Source: Amphiscolops sp. MND2022 (taxonomy: Eukaryota). Taken from it: a stretch of 64,000 bases of DNA. The position numbers were made by a program, and so were the translations under genes. This document shows positions 39,761 to 53,300 of this stretch, piece by piece; positions within the stretch are counted from its first letter, which is position 1; each line of letters opens with the position of its first letter. A model generated the notes under the pieces. The model was not told the origin of the DNA and did no database searches. It worked only from the letters and a program-made list of their open reading frames with translations. Location: contig OZ076409.1 of the NCBI GenBank assembly GCA_964187785.1, forward strand, positions 41,418,001 through 41,482,000, read 5' to 3'.

Positions 39761-40699
39761 CAGAAAGAGCACGGAATTGCTACGTCGAATTTGAAAGAAA
39801 AACTGAAAGACTTTTTCACCACCCTCGCCAAATACTGGAGGGTACCTAGTACGTAGACCTTACGCATGATGTCTATGTCATGCGTTGAGTAGCTGGCAGA
39901 AATCAAAACCTCTCCACATGATTTTCAAAGTCATGTTAGAGATCAAACTTGTTTAGTTGTTCTGGTGCTGTAGCACTGTCATCAACTGAGTTTTCGTTGC
40001 TTTCAAATTTTCCAATTGGTTTCAGCCACAGGGCTAGAAATTAAGCACTCAAAACAAGCAGATAAAACAATTTCTAGCCATTGTTCCTTGTCAAATGTGT
40101 CTCCTGCAAAATATATCGCATTTCCAGCAGTGTCTTTGTCCCAAACATTCAACAAACACCATGAATCAAATGTTAACACTTTTTTGAAATCTGGTCAGAA
40201 AAAAACGAATAGACATTCTTTTCAAAAAATTACACACTTAAAAGTGCTAATTACTTCACTTTAATTGCTTTAATTCAAAGGCAAAAACGAGTTCCCTTTC
40301 ACTTTTCAACCGTCCACACCAATAACGTTTCACACCTTGGAAAACGAAGCATTATGTCCATCAACTAGCTTCAATTCTACTGTTCTCTGAAAATTTATCA
40401 GAATGTCAAAAATGAACCCAATGGTTGCTCTGTTATAATTCAAGTTATAACTCACCAATCTGCACTTTTTTCACCAGGTTAAATTGGTAAAATTGATATT
40501 CCTGCCACTAACATTAAACCTCAACGGTATAAAGGAAACTATTTAAATCTCTCATTCGTTCAAATATTTCATGCGTATTACCCAGACCACTTTAAACCTA
40601 AACATTCTACCCTCGTTCCCCACTAAGAAATACCAAAAAAGAAATCAACACTTTACGGCCTTCTCAAGTATTTAGTTAAACCCTTCCCCTCTACGTTAT

Positions 40700-42180
40700 T
40701 CGACTGAAACACGAAAAGTCCTTTCTAAATTCAAATTTAGATTTTCTGATATCTCAGACGGTGAATATTCACACAGCTCTGCTCTATAATTATCAACTAT
40801 CACATTTGCTATGCCCCCCATCAAAATGATGTTGGTGAAGTGACTACACCTTTTGACCCCCGCATCAAATCTAACGCTAAACTCCGATCCTTAGGACCAA
40901 CCAAAGTCCCTGCTCAAAATAGAGAAAAACTTGAAAAGCTCATTGATGAACTGGAGCCACAAAACATTTCGACAAAACGCTGCACTCCATCAGCTAAATC
41001 CACTTATGGAACCACATTTTTAAAACTATTGAATATTACCCCGGAGAAAGATACAATCAAAGTCGTTCTTAATGCTAGACACGTAATCTCTAACACCGAT
41101 CAAGCCTTTCAATCTTGGCTCTAAGAACTTTTAGCCCCTCAACTAGCTAGAGCTTACGAAAAAGTCAAATCCGCTGGTGATCTCTTGTACGCCTATGCAC
41201 ATCCTCCTCTTGAAGAAAAAAAACAATTAACTCCACATATTTCTCTCCTGGAGATTTTCACTCGAAGATTTTACGTTTTAAAAACACGCCCAAGTTTTTT
41301 CAAAAATCAAACCTACTCAATCTTCCTAAAGTTTATTAACCAAGGATTCGCACTCCTCTGTATTGATGACATACTACCATTAGCTAAACTTATTTTCATA
41401 CTAAGCTTGAACTTATTGAAGAACTACACCAAATAAGTTGCACTTCATGAAAATCTTCCTGAAAAACCTGTTCACTTCTTTCTCAAATGATTAAGTTCTC
41501 GGACATGATAATGATGATATTACTAGTAGACCAAAACCTTTTAAAGTAGTTTGTTTTCATAATTTAAAAACCTCCATCTCCAAAACTGAATTATCGAGAT
41601 CCATTTGTCCAAATTTAGTATCAAACTTCACACCTCTCTCAAACATGTTTATACCCACCTCCACACTGATTTTTTTTCTGAATGAACTCTTGATTTTAAT
41701 TATTATCGCAACGGAATTAAAATTTCCCTATCGAAAGATGCAGAATTTGCTATCCCCAAAACTTCATATAAAATCTTTTTACACTTACAGTAGACGCCTG
41801 CCATTTCAGTTTAGGTGATGTTTCATTCAACCGAAATACAACAAAAAAACCCAAGTTGTTTCTTTGGAGTCTGGTACCCTAAACACTCAATATCGAATAT
41901 TTTCAAACTTTGACCAAGAACTCTGCGCGTTTACTTTTGCCCTCACTACGTATGAATTTAACATTTTTCGCCCAAAGTTCTAAAAACCTATTTTTGCTTA
42001 CCACAACTCTATTCCATTACTTTTCACGATAAAGGTATCTTACTTTTCGACAATATAGAATTCAAAGGTTTCTAACCGAAATCTCATACTTTCGAACTAC
42101 AAAAACAGCTGCTACCTGCTGTGCCGAGAATTTCACACCATTGACCACAGAACATGCGATTTACAGCATAATACGTTACC
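40700..42180 (+). pseudogene. Highly decayed gypsy-type RT/RNase H remnant
   Basis: PTKVP...EKLEKLIDEL, DTIKVVLNAR, YAYAHPPL, ALLCIDDIL (YIDD-like), and tvDAc/ELcA RNase H-like traces. Boundaries approximate. Confidence 0.7.
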
Positions 42181-42299
42181 TCCCGTAATTTAAAATATAT
42201 ATCAACGAAATTACATATACATGCAATGCATTGACGAAAATGCGAAAATTATCCAGTCCCCAGAAAACTGCTGGCAACTCCGGTTCATTTATGGCAAAC

Positions 42300-43650
42300 T
42301 TTTTTCGGTGTCCTATACAACTCAGGTTGCAAATCCGATTGGTTTCAAAGTTCAATCTTTTTGTTTTTGTTGCCCCCTGTCCTTGTGTGCTTGCGTCCGT
42401 TGTTAAAATCTTCTTTCTGTCTGAATCATAGCGAGCTAGACTTGACAGTTGTATTATCAGCCTCTATAGGGTGTTGAATGAAATTGTGTTTTGTTTGTTC
42501 AACTCTCCAGATCCATTCTTTTTGTTTTTTGAACAACTTTCTGAGATTATCTGTTTGCTGAGAAGTTTTCGAAATACTTTAGTAAGTATTTTAAAGCTCC
42601 CAGTAACAATTTTAGTTCTTCCTCCTTTTTTGGTATGTTTATTTTTGTTATTGGCTCCAGTTGTCTTGTTTTAGTCAGTTTTGTGGCCATCGCATGCTGC
42701 TTCCTGTTCGAAGAATAAGCATTTTTGGGTAAAGTCTGTAGCCTCCTTCTTCCAGTTTTTCATTTTTTTCTATACCTTCCACTTCGTGTTTTATGATGTT
42801 TCCTTTGGTCACTACAATTATGTCGTCAGCCATGTGGGACGTTTGAAGGCGAGTGTTTTGTCTTTCGGTTCCTGAAAGACTGTTGGTATATCTGCCAGCC
42901 CGTAGAACTTTTTAGGAAACAGCAGTATCCAGTGAATCCGGTGACGGTGAATTTACATAGGTTTTTTGGTCTGTTTGTCAAAGTTAATTTCATCCGTACG
43001 TGTAATCGAAGTCTTGTTTTGTAACCCAGACCTCACCTTCTTTTTCTTCTGATATTTTCCGGGATAATCGTGATATCAGCTGTTCCATGTTTGGCATTCG
43101 AGTTTTTCCTTTCATTTTTGATTTGTTGATTTTTCTTGAGACTAGGGCATTTTTCATTGATTCATCTGTTTTCACTGTTATTACTGCTGCGCTTACGAAA
43201 CAATCTTCTGTTATTTCGGTTGCTCGTTTTAAGTACCCATTTTTCTATCGATCGTTTTTTCTATTGCACCGTGATCTTGTAAATGAACTGGCACGGGGCG
43301 TCTTTTTTGTGGAATGGTCTTTGAACCTCATTCATTGTCTTTTTCACCGAGCGATCTTTTATCTCCGTGTTGTTGCAGAAAAAGTTCTTGAATTCGTTCT
43401 TCATTTTGTAGACACTTTTTGGTGTCATCCATTTTATGTTGTGGATTTTGATGTTCTCGGTTGTTGGGTCGATTGCTACTCCCAGCCGTTCCATCCAGTC
43501 CAGTCCCGATAACGGTGTCATGTTCGCCTTGAGGACTATTAGTGGTAGTTGAAGTGTGGTGTTGCTTGTCTTCACTGCTTCCTTTGATCGTCCAAAAAAT
43601 TCAATCTTGTTGTCGTTTACAACTTTTTGATTGGTGATATTCGAACCCTC
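42300..43650 (-). mobile_element. Fragment of a different gypsy element (protease end/RT) in opposite orientation
   Basis: PLSGLDWMERLG, MPNMEQLISRLSRKIS...DFDYTYG, FYGLADIPTVFQE. Boundaries approximate. Confidence 0.7.
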
Positions 43651-44859
43651 CGAATCCTAACGGAGGTGATTATCCTTTGATCTTCAACAATATTCTTACC
43701 ACACATCCTCAAATATATCCAAGTGTGTTGTTTTGACTCGCATGAAAAGAACTCAAACTTTATTACATTTGACGAACGTCATCAAAAAAATTCAATGGAT
43801 TAGAAACTCACAACGTACAATCACCTTTGAAATCACTGTTGACTTTCATAATTTCAGCCCACAATCAATTCCTTCTTATCCTACAGTCAAATTTATAAAC
43901 TCGCATCTACCTTTTTTTTACTACAAACTCAAATCTTCTTGTCAGTGACTCCCCTTCTTTTGGACTATTGCACGGTTTCATAATCTTTCGTGTTACACTT
44001 CGCTTTTTAAAGCACACTGCTGAATTTTAACATTTTCACCCCAAACTATTTTCAAACCAGTCAGAAACGCCTCCTTGAAACTGACCTATTTCCTTTCCGC
44101 GTAACAACCAAACACCTATTACGTTACAAAGTTAACAAAGACTCAACTTAAAGGCATATCTGAAAAAACCCTCTGTCGGGACAGATATGAGAGTACAAAA
44201 AGACAGTTAGTCTCTAATGGTTGAAAAGATTGAAATTCAGAACGACAAAATGGAAAATCAACTATTCCATAACGAAGACACTTAACCTTGCCCCACAATG
44301 ATCGTTGATGTACACCAAACTATTTAACTCTTCACACCCTTGAATGGCTCCCTGAAGACTTATGACATATATTTTCAATACACTCCTTTATCGTACGATT
44401 GTCCAAAATTGTTAACCGGTACTGGCTTGAAACCTTGAACACTTCCTTGACTAATCCTACTCACTACTTACCATAACTCCAAATCTCAAACCTGCCTCGG
44501 TCTGGATTTTTCATGAGAAAAGTTTTTCAATGAATCCACGCCATGACATTGACCTCTGGCAGCATTATATTGAACTCTGGAGTCCCTGACATCTTTTTGC
44601 CTCAGAAGAAGGTTTGAATATGCACAGAGGTCAACGCAACTTTCTCCACTTACCGAAAAATGAACAACATGACTGCTTTTGAACCCAACTCTTATCTGAA
44701 AAACTCGAAATAATTAAAACGGACTCCTCGTCGCAGCACTAAACTCTACTAGTGATTTCGCCACTATTGACTTTGCAGCACACCAACACCAGAAATGATT
44801 ATACCAATAACAATTTTTTCATTCTAAACGAGAACCATTGTTGAGCTTGATACATTACT

Positions 44860-45000
44860 ATCTGTGAAGTTGAAACAACTCAGCTGTTATCTATACTCGG
44901 AATGTCATTTAAAAACCCACAAGTAGCAAGGTCACTCCTCACCCAAAACCGCAGTAACGTTCTTCATGACCAAAAGTTCACGTCCTTGTTCTATGATTGT
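44860..45000 (+). pseudogene. env-like viral glycoprotein remnant, probably part of a longer decayed ORF (~44.0-45.6 kb)
   Basis: Reads ICEVETTQLLSILGMSFKNPQVARSLLTQNRSNVLHDQKFTSLFYDC and lies downstream of the + strand pol remnant. Confidence 0.45.
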
Positions 45001-46924
45001 TTCTGTCACCTCTCTCTCAAATATTGCTGAACAAAATTTTGATAAAATTCCCAATAATTATCTTGATACTGTCTAATATGTTAATTCTATTAACCCACAA
45101 ACTTTTGAATAAGTGACTCAAATTTCGGTGGCAAGCCACCCTCAAAACCTTATCTCCCCAGGAAACCAGACACCGACTAATAATCTTTTTTACCACATGA
45201 ACATATTACGAAAGACACTCCAAAACTCTTCGAGTTTAAATTAATTCAAACCGCTTTTAGCCCAAACATTTTCAGTGCTCATGAAGCAAGCTTATATTCA
45301 GAGAAGGAAGTGAAACGTTTTTGAAATGCAGGTGTTCTCTCCGCCGAGCACTCATAGAACACAATACAACTAATACAAAAAAGCATCAGTTATGACTTCA
45401 TGCTAAATCAGTTAAATTTCTCCTTGATAATCCTCACCATGACAAATCATTGGTCTCCTTTAATTTATTACTCCTTCTACACAGCTGAATGTTCACCGAT
45501 GCCTTTATTAGTCACTCTGGTTACCCTTGTTAGATTTTAAATCAATGTGAAATCTACTTTTTTACTGTACTCTCCATTGAATACCTTTCTAACACGCAAC
45601 TTAGCATTATCGTTCCTTTAATGCCAAAATCATCTTAGGAAACATACACATATAATTTCATCCTGCTTTTGCTTAGGGTTTTCAAAAACCATATTCAAAT
45701 CAAAGACCCAATCTGTTGACTTCAATTCAATCAAGTTTTTCCCACTCTCCTAAACCAAAACAAACTAATTCCAAACCGAAAACAAAACAAGCAACTAAGT
45801 TTGAAACAAAAACACTGAAACTCAAAAAAAACTCCAATGCAACGATCAACTCTACCTCTAACATCAACCCCTCCTCAGAACATTTCGCTATAAATCCACA
45901 TTTTCCTACACCAACATCAAGGAAGATACTCAAAGTCCTCCTCCAAAATAATGATCAAATAAATCTTTCTTCTAGTTCTTCACAATTAAGACTATTGAAA
46001 TCGCCTCTTTGTCAGCTTCACTCTATTTTCGACTTTTACCACATTTGACTTTTCTCCAAATAACTCGTCTGTACACAACCGAAGGCGATCAACTAAATTA
46101 TATCCCCCTTTCCAACACCACTTAATTCAATGGCACACCATCAACGCCTGTCGACGCCAAGTTTATCCAACCTCTTGAAAATTAGGCAAAAATTCACTCT
46201 TATCAAGTTCGGTCTGAATAAGTTTTATCACTTGCCTTTTGCTGCTATCTAGTCTAGTCGTTTACTCTTCTGTTACAATCGTTACCTTCTCAAAGTAGGA
46301 AATTTTTTCAATAGAACAGATGGAACGTAACTTTACTAAAAAGACCTCCCAATTTCGAAAAAAAAGACTTGCATCCCAACATCGTTTCACTTTCATCTCG
46401 GTTTTTCTCTCACTACGATGTTCTAGAACTTCCTAATCAAATCCTCAACCCAACCACTTCGGTTTCTAATGCAAATACCACCACCTCTGACAATACGCTT
46501 GCCACTATTTCCTCTAATACTCAACAATGCTCTTTAGCCCGTACTCCCGTTTTAACAACCATTTCGAGTACTAACTCTAAATTTCTTTCCTTCACTCTTA
46601 AAACTCCTCATTCTCCTACACTTCCTCCTACCCACCTCACGTCACTATTGATAATGATAAGATACCTCAGAAGAAAAATATGATGTGTTGAATCATCCTA
46701 TTCTAATAGACTCTGGAATCCTACCTCCAACCTTGCTTCCCTCAAAAAGTTTTCTCAAAATATTATGATGTCTGACGAATTTGTTAATTCGCACCCCCAA
46801 TTTGAAGCAAATTCGCCTTCATTGTATTTGACTCCTTCTCATTTCGAATCCCTTTCGCATCCCTTAAGACCGTAATTACGACCACTATGTTACATTACGA
46901 CGCATATCCCTACACTTTTTGAAA

Positions 46925-47290
46925 ACTGCGGAATTGACTGCTAACCGCAGGTAGCACCTATCAGACCTGGAATCCGCTGTTTAAAATGACGGATTTCAAA
47001 GACACACTTTATAACATGTGCAGCGGATTCCGCTTGCAATTTTTTCTGGATTCCGGGGCTAAATCTCTTTACGTTGAATTTTTGGTGGAATTCAGAGGCA
47101 TATATTATTATATTAGACAGCAGTGGATTCCGCAGTCGCTGTACCGGAATCCGGGGTCACATAATATTACACAGCGTAAAAACAGCGGATTCCAAGGACA
47201 AGCTTTCGTAATGTAGAGGAAAAAACGGTGGAATCCACTGCTGCGACAGCGGATTCCGCAACAGCACCAGTGGATTCCGCTGTTGTGCAA
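46925..47290. repeat. Cluster of GGATTCC/GGAATCC motifs (MITE-like)
   Basis: About ten copies of (gc/gt)ggattcc or ggaatcc in both orientations. Same core as the 24.8-kb inverted repeats. Confidence 0.55.
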
Positions 47291-47619
47291 GCGTACACCT
47301 GCATCCAAACAACTCTCTCAATTTTCTTTTTGACAACTCAAAAAAAATCGCAAAAAACATTTCGTTTCATTTTTTTGAACCGTACTCAACTCGATCTAAA
47401 TATTAATCGTAATGACTTAACCAATACTCCCTCTGTTGAAAAAGTGCTTAATTCTTTCTTGACGAAAAACAGCAACAAAATTTTCATTTTCCAAAAACAT
47501 AAATTCACCTCACATTCCTCTTCACTCTTCATGCCCAGTACTCCTCAAATCATCTTTACATTATCGCTATTATCCAAAATTATGATCCTCCAAAGCAATA
47601 TTACATCCACACTCCTTAC

Positions 47620-49251
47620 TGTCGCAGGCTCCCGCCTGCGATGGGAACTTTTACACCATCAATTACAGCTGTTTTCGCGCCCTCCCAGGTACTCTACCAA
47701 TAAACTAGAGGAAAGGACCATGTGTCCCATTGTCATGACGGGACAAAAACTTCAAACTGAATTTGTAATATTTTTACGGCATGTCTATTATTCTATTTTC
47801 AGTTTTGACAGCCTTATATATAAAATCTTGTGCAAATTATTAATCGGAAATACCATTTGGTTAGTTGAAAACTACGAAGTTGATTTTGATACATTGATGC
47901 ATGTAAACACTGTATGTTTAATGTATTAGCTAAGAAATTGGACACCAAGGCGTACAGGAAAGGAAACGAGTTCAAATGTTTCCTCTCCTGTCTCGCTGGA
48001 CACGCAGTCCGTCCAAATTCTTAGCCAATCAGAACACGCCATTCATTTCATTCACTGTGCGCAGTATTCTAAATTAAAGGACTCTAAGGCCACGCGCCGT
48101 CAGCTAGTAGTAATTTGCTGCCTATTTACGGCAAACGGACACTGAGTCCAAATTAAAGTAAAGTGCAATTTACAGTGGTAAATAAAGGCTATGATTGGTG
48201 TTTCTAATAAATACTCGTTTTGATGAAGATTACTGGACCATTTGTACCATTTGATGCTAGATATTAATAATTTACATGAATACTCAGATTAATGAGTTGG
48301 TACATGTAAGTTATGGTTGATCAAATGTAATTGCATGTAATGTTGCTTAACCTCACATATGAAAGGCCTTGAGGGATGCTTGGACCTACAATCCTTCTAT
48401 ATATGGAATTGTTGAAGGCGCTTGAATAAATCACCCCTTTGAAGTGACCCTTTCGTCATGCCGCCTTCATGGCTATAAATAGTAGGTGCTATTTTTAGAT
48501 AGCTGTGAAGGCTATTTTTAGAACGTGACCCTCATTATTTTGCAAGTCATGTAAACCTGAGTATATATACCGTGGACCCTAGGTCCCAAGGACTTTTTTC
48601 AATTTCCTTGATACCGTAATACTCAAACTTGTTAAAATCGTTTCAACATACTCTGTTTGCAAGCCTGAGAACTTAATTTAAATTCTTACCTCTTGCAATA
48701 AACTCTTATGCCTTCCACAAGAAGACAGAAAGCGAAAGCTAGAAAATCCAAAGAGATGGACATGTTGTCCGATATGGATAATTTAGACGTGATGATAGGG
48801 AGTGAAAATCCTTTAGAAAGAGAGTTAGCAGATGTAATAGACCAATCTTCCATTAATGGTGACATAGAAATTGGTAGTCACTCAAGAAATGATCTTGGAA
48901 ATTTCATTCAAGGAAATGAGCCTCATGGTCGAAACGACATAAGACAATCCTTTGAAACCTTTTCAAATGAATTTAATCTTAGGTTATCTCAAGAGATGGA
49001 TTCCATGATGGCCATGGTACATAGTCAGATAAATAGAGCAATCAGTACCGCCATATCAGAGAAGGTGTTACCGGAGATTCAGAATATTGTGAGTTCAATG
49101 TCTTCCTCTGGGAACAGGGACACTGAGATGAGTATGTCTCCTAGTAGTCAGGAAAATAGGGAAAATCCATCTGGCTTGAAAACAAAATTATTGAAAAAGG
49201 ATTCACGGTCCGTTGGTGATTTGAGAGACACCACGGGACGTGGCTCTTACA
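47620..49251 (+). repeat. 5' LTR of element B
   Basis: tgtcgcagg...ctcttaca. Candidate TATA box tataaa at 48474. Contains the gag ATG at 48708. Confidence 0.97.
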
Positions 49252-49265
49252 TGGTGACAGGAGCT
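49252..49265 (+). promoter_or_regulatory. Primer-binding site TGGTGACAGGAGCT
   Basis: Immediately follows the LTR CA and is identical to the element A PBS. Confidence 0.85.
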
Positions 49266-50380
49266 AACGAAGCCCAGCAGCCTATACCTGAATTTCTCAC
49301 TGGACGAATCCACTCAATCCCGAACCTAGAGAGACAGCAATCTAACCACAATTTCTCTTTGGACACCACTCTGCCAGCGCCAGAACCAGAGGTCACAGAG
49401 CCACCTCAGGACCCGCTCAATAGATTGGCTGATGTACTAGTCAATTTGCAAAACAAACCCCAAACGATGACTATCCGGCCTGTCCAAACAACCCCTATGA
49501 CGTTTGACGGAAAGAGTGAGAAATTCGAACTCTTTGAAGATTTGTTCCACACAATGATCAAAATGCAACCGGCCATGACAGAGCAAATGAAAATTAACCA
49601 TTTCCATTCACTGCTCAGGAAAGGAGCCTTGCAGACCTTCAGGAACATAAACTCAATCAACCGCCAAACACTCGAGGACGTGCTGATCATATTCCGGAGA
49701 AAATATGTCAAACCGGAATCCCAAGCAACGGCAAAACACAAATGGCATCGGCTGACTTTCGATCCGAATACCATGAAACTGCCGGATTTCTTAGAAGAAC
49801 TGAACCAGGGGGCAGAAAAAGCTTTCGGTGAGAATGCAAAAAGCATGATTGACAGCTTATTGTATGCAAAACTGCCTCCAAAATTAAAACGATCTGTCAA
49901 TATGGCCCGCCTGGAGAACGGGACATAAGAGGAAATCGTCGCTCATCTTGAAAGAGAGCTTGAACTCAACGCATTAGAAGAGTCAGACGATTTGCCAATC
50001 GCCACAATGGCCTCTGCGTCCACCAGTAACAACAATCTGCTCTCTAATGGCATAAATACTAATAAGGACGCACAATGCTCTTATTGTAAAGCCACAGGCC
50101 ACTTTTATAAGAGCTGCCCCAAATTGAAAAAGAAGAAAGAATTGGAGGACAAAAATGGCAAAAAGCCCCAACGTCCCACATACCCAGAATGTCCTACTTG
50201 CGGAAAGAAAAATCACCCCGTTGAAAGATGCTGGAAAGGGGCTGGAGCACATCTACGTCCCAAAAGGACAAGACCCGAAGATAAAGCCGATGAAAACTCC
50301 GGCGATGAAAAGTTGTCTAAAAAATCAACTAACCCCGAAACTGCATCTTCGAGCCAATCAAACCCACGAAAAACGGACTC

Positions 50381-50387
50381 AAAAAAC
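50381..50387 (+). promoter_or_regulatory. -1 ribosomal frameshift slippery site A AAA AAC
   Basis: X XXY YYZ heptamer in the gag frame just before TAA. The -1 frame is open from 50387 into pol. Confidence 0.8.
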
Positions 50388-53300
50388 TAATTTCGCCACG
50401 ACTCCAAATATGTAACAAGATGTCAGTACGACAGTACGTCATATCTGACCCTGCAAACATTACATATAAACAAACTCAAAACGACACCACAGGGATGCCA
50501 TCGACTGTCTGGCAGCAGCAGATGGCCGACGCCCGCAGAGAAACTCAATATATCATCCACAGTGATCATCCATACTTATATCGACGGAACAGTAACCGCA
50601 ACGACTTGGAAACTCACTTTCGCCCTTTAAAAACTGTCGAAGATTATAACCCTCAATACTATGACCCCGAGTATGGCAAAGACCCATACTGGGACGACGA
50701 ACTATATGACAAAACAAATTTACAATTTCGAAACGAAGATTACCCTCCAACTGACGACGAGGATGACCCAGACATCGAAGACAACACACTGTCTCGGGCC
50801 CTCATTGATCTTTGGCAGCCGAACTTTGAGGCAAATATACAAGAAGTAGACGCCATACACACACAGGAGGACCATAAGGCTCCTAATAGTCTGTTAGATG
50901 AGACAGCCTTCTTACACCTCCTAGTGACCAAAGAAGGAGAATTACCATACGTTCCCCTTTCAACAAACCTTGGACTTAAATTCAAACGACGAATGCTCTA
51001 TTTCCCAATGGACTTTGGGGAATTAACTCTAGATGGCCTGATAGATACTGGAGCCCACTCCAGTGCAATCCCGGAGGCAGACCTCAGGAAAATACGCCTG
51101 TTGGCCCCTCAATCCATTGTAAAAGAAGGTCCCGCCCCATCCTTCCAAATAATGGTCGCAAATGGAGACTTAGAAACCCCAAAAAGCACAGTCGAACTAA
51201 AATTCGAAGTGGGCGACATAGAATTTCACGAAATTTTCATTGTAATGGAAAAACTGTCAAGCCCCATAATTGGACTAATATTCCTTCAAAGGAACCACAC
51301 TGTCCTGGACATGCGCCAAGGTATACTCAACTTTCCCTACTTCTCGATGCAACTCAAGACGGCTGACCATAAATACTCAAATGTTTTGGAACCCATCCTC
51401 AATCCTGAGGATGTCACAATTCCGCCCAATGACCATGTGGTCATACCCATTCAATCACAAATTTACGCAGAAAATGCAGTTACGGGCATATTGCAACCTA
51501 GCGATCTTCTGCACGAGGAAGGCGACATAACCTTCTGTGCCGCCATAGTCACACTACATGAAGGGGCTACGAGAATACACGTCAACAATTTCACTGATCA
51601 ACCCTACAAAATAAAGAAAGGGATGCACATTGCAAACTTTTCAGTGATGACCCCTGAACAGATGAAACACGTCAGGCCAATAGACCCAGTGTCCACCTGG
51701 CACTTACTGAATGAAAATGAAGACGACGCTATTTATTATATTAGTAGCCTTCTTAAAGCTAACAGAAATAATGACCAATACGAACAATATTGGTTCCCGA
51801 CGCCTGAAAACCCAGGGGACGAAACGACCCACACCCCAATACAACAAAGAATTCTCAAAGAATTACAAGATCTGCAAAGTTTAGAACAACTCAACCCGCA
51901 CGACGATGCGGAATCTCGTCGAAAATTCCTCAGTAATTTTGATTGGAAGGATTCAATGTTACAACAACATGGAATCAGACAAATAGAAACTCTATTAGTG
52001 GAATTCCATGACATCTTTGCGCGCCATAGATTTGACATTGGTGTCAATGAGGAATTTACGGTCAAACTGACCCCAAAAGACGAATCACCTGCCTACAGTC
52101 AGAGCCTACCTACACCAGTCAACCTCAAAGAGGACATATTGGTCGAACTGGCGTTACTTCATAAATATGGTATTATAACGACATTACCATTCTCAAAGTA
52201 TGCCAGTCCCATCTTCGCGCAGAAAAAGCCCAATGGGAAATTGAGACTGTTGGTTGATTTGAGGAAAATAAATAATCTCATCTCAGACGATTATATCAAC
52301 AACAATCACCCAGTCAGTACCCTGACGGATGCGGCGCAACATATGGCAAGCAAAAAGCTCTTTTGCAAACTTGACTGTTCTCAAGCTTATCATTGCCTTC
52401 CTATGGCAGACCAGAAGTCGATTGAAATGCTAGCATTTAACTTCGCCAGCAGGACATTTGCATATAGAAGATTAGCCCAAGGACTCAGTAGAGCCCTGTC
52501 GGCCTTCTCCAGTTTCATGAGGGAATACTTGGATCGTGTCATAAAAGCAGACCAATGTGCTCAATATGTGGACGATATTGGTGTTGCGGCGACAGACGCC
52601 GACCAGCTTATCGTCAACTTAAGAGCAACTTTCCAATGTATCAGAGAAGCAGGATTGAAATTGTCCATGCACAAGTGCCATTTCGGCGCTACTGAAATTG
52701 ACTTTCTTGGGAGAACCATTACACCTGAAGGCGTAAAACCCCAAAAAGAAAGAATCACTAACTTCTTGGAAAAGACGAAATTCCCAAAGTCCAAGAAGGC
52801 CTTACAACGCTACCTTGGTTTCCTCAATTACTACAGGAATTATATTCCAAGGCTATCCGAAAAACTAGTTCCCTTCTTCCAATTGCTCAAAAAGGATGAA
52901 AATGTACTAGTTACGCAAGAGCTAGTTGAACAATTTAATGAGATCAACCGCGATTTAGACCGATGTAGTCAATTGGCGTTGAAACAACCTCTGCCGAACA
53001 AACAACTGCTCCTTATGACTGACGCGAGTTTTACAGCAGCCGGTTACGCCATATTAACCGAAGACGACCCAAATCAAAAATACACTTCTGTTAAAAAGTC
53101 CTATGCGCCGATTGCATATGGATCCAAGACTTTCACGCCTTCTCAGCTCAAAATGTCGATATATGCAAAGGAATTCCTAGCTATATATTATGCATTTAAG
53201 GAGTTTGGACATATCTTCTGGGGAACACCTCAACCCGTGATTATCCTCACAGATAACAAATCGGTCACAAGGTTCTTCCAAACAAAGATAATTCCACCGC

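Larger units (their letters stand above)
48708..50390 (+). pseudogene. gag: gag of element B, 560 codons with one premature TAA (49926-49928)
   Basis: 48708-49928 and 49992-50390 are in the same frame. NGT*EEIV corresponds to NGTYEQVV in A. Knuckles CSYCKATGHFYKSC and CPTCGKKNHPVERC. Confidence 0.95.

Noticed and set aside
47228..47929. 233-aa ORF
   Set aside because: Chance fusion of repeat, flank and LTR sequence that crosses the element B insertion junction.
49406..49900. Antisense ORFs over gag and pol (also 51736-52065, 54214-54444)
   Set aside because: Shadow frames of the coding strand with no independent motifs.
49926..49928. Programmed stop-codon readthrough in gag
   Set aside because: Element A has TAT (Tyr) at the homologous codon, so a nonsense mutation is simpler.
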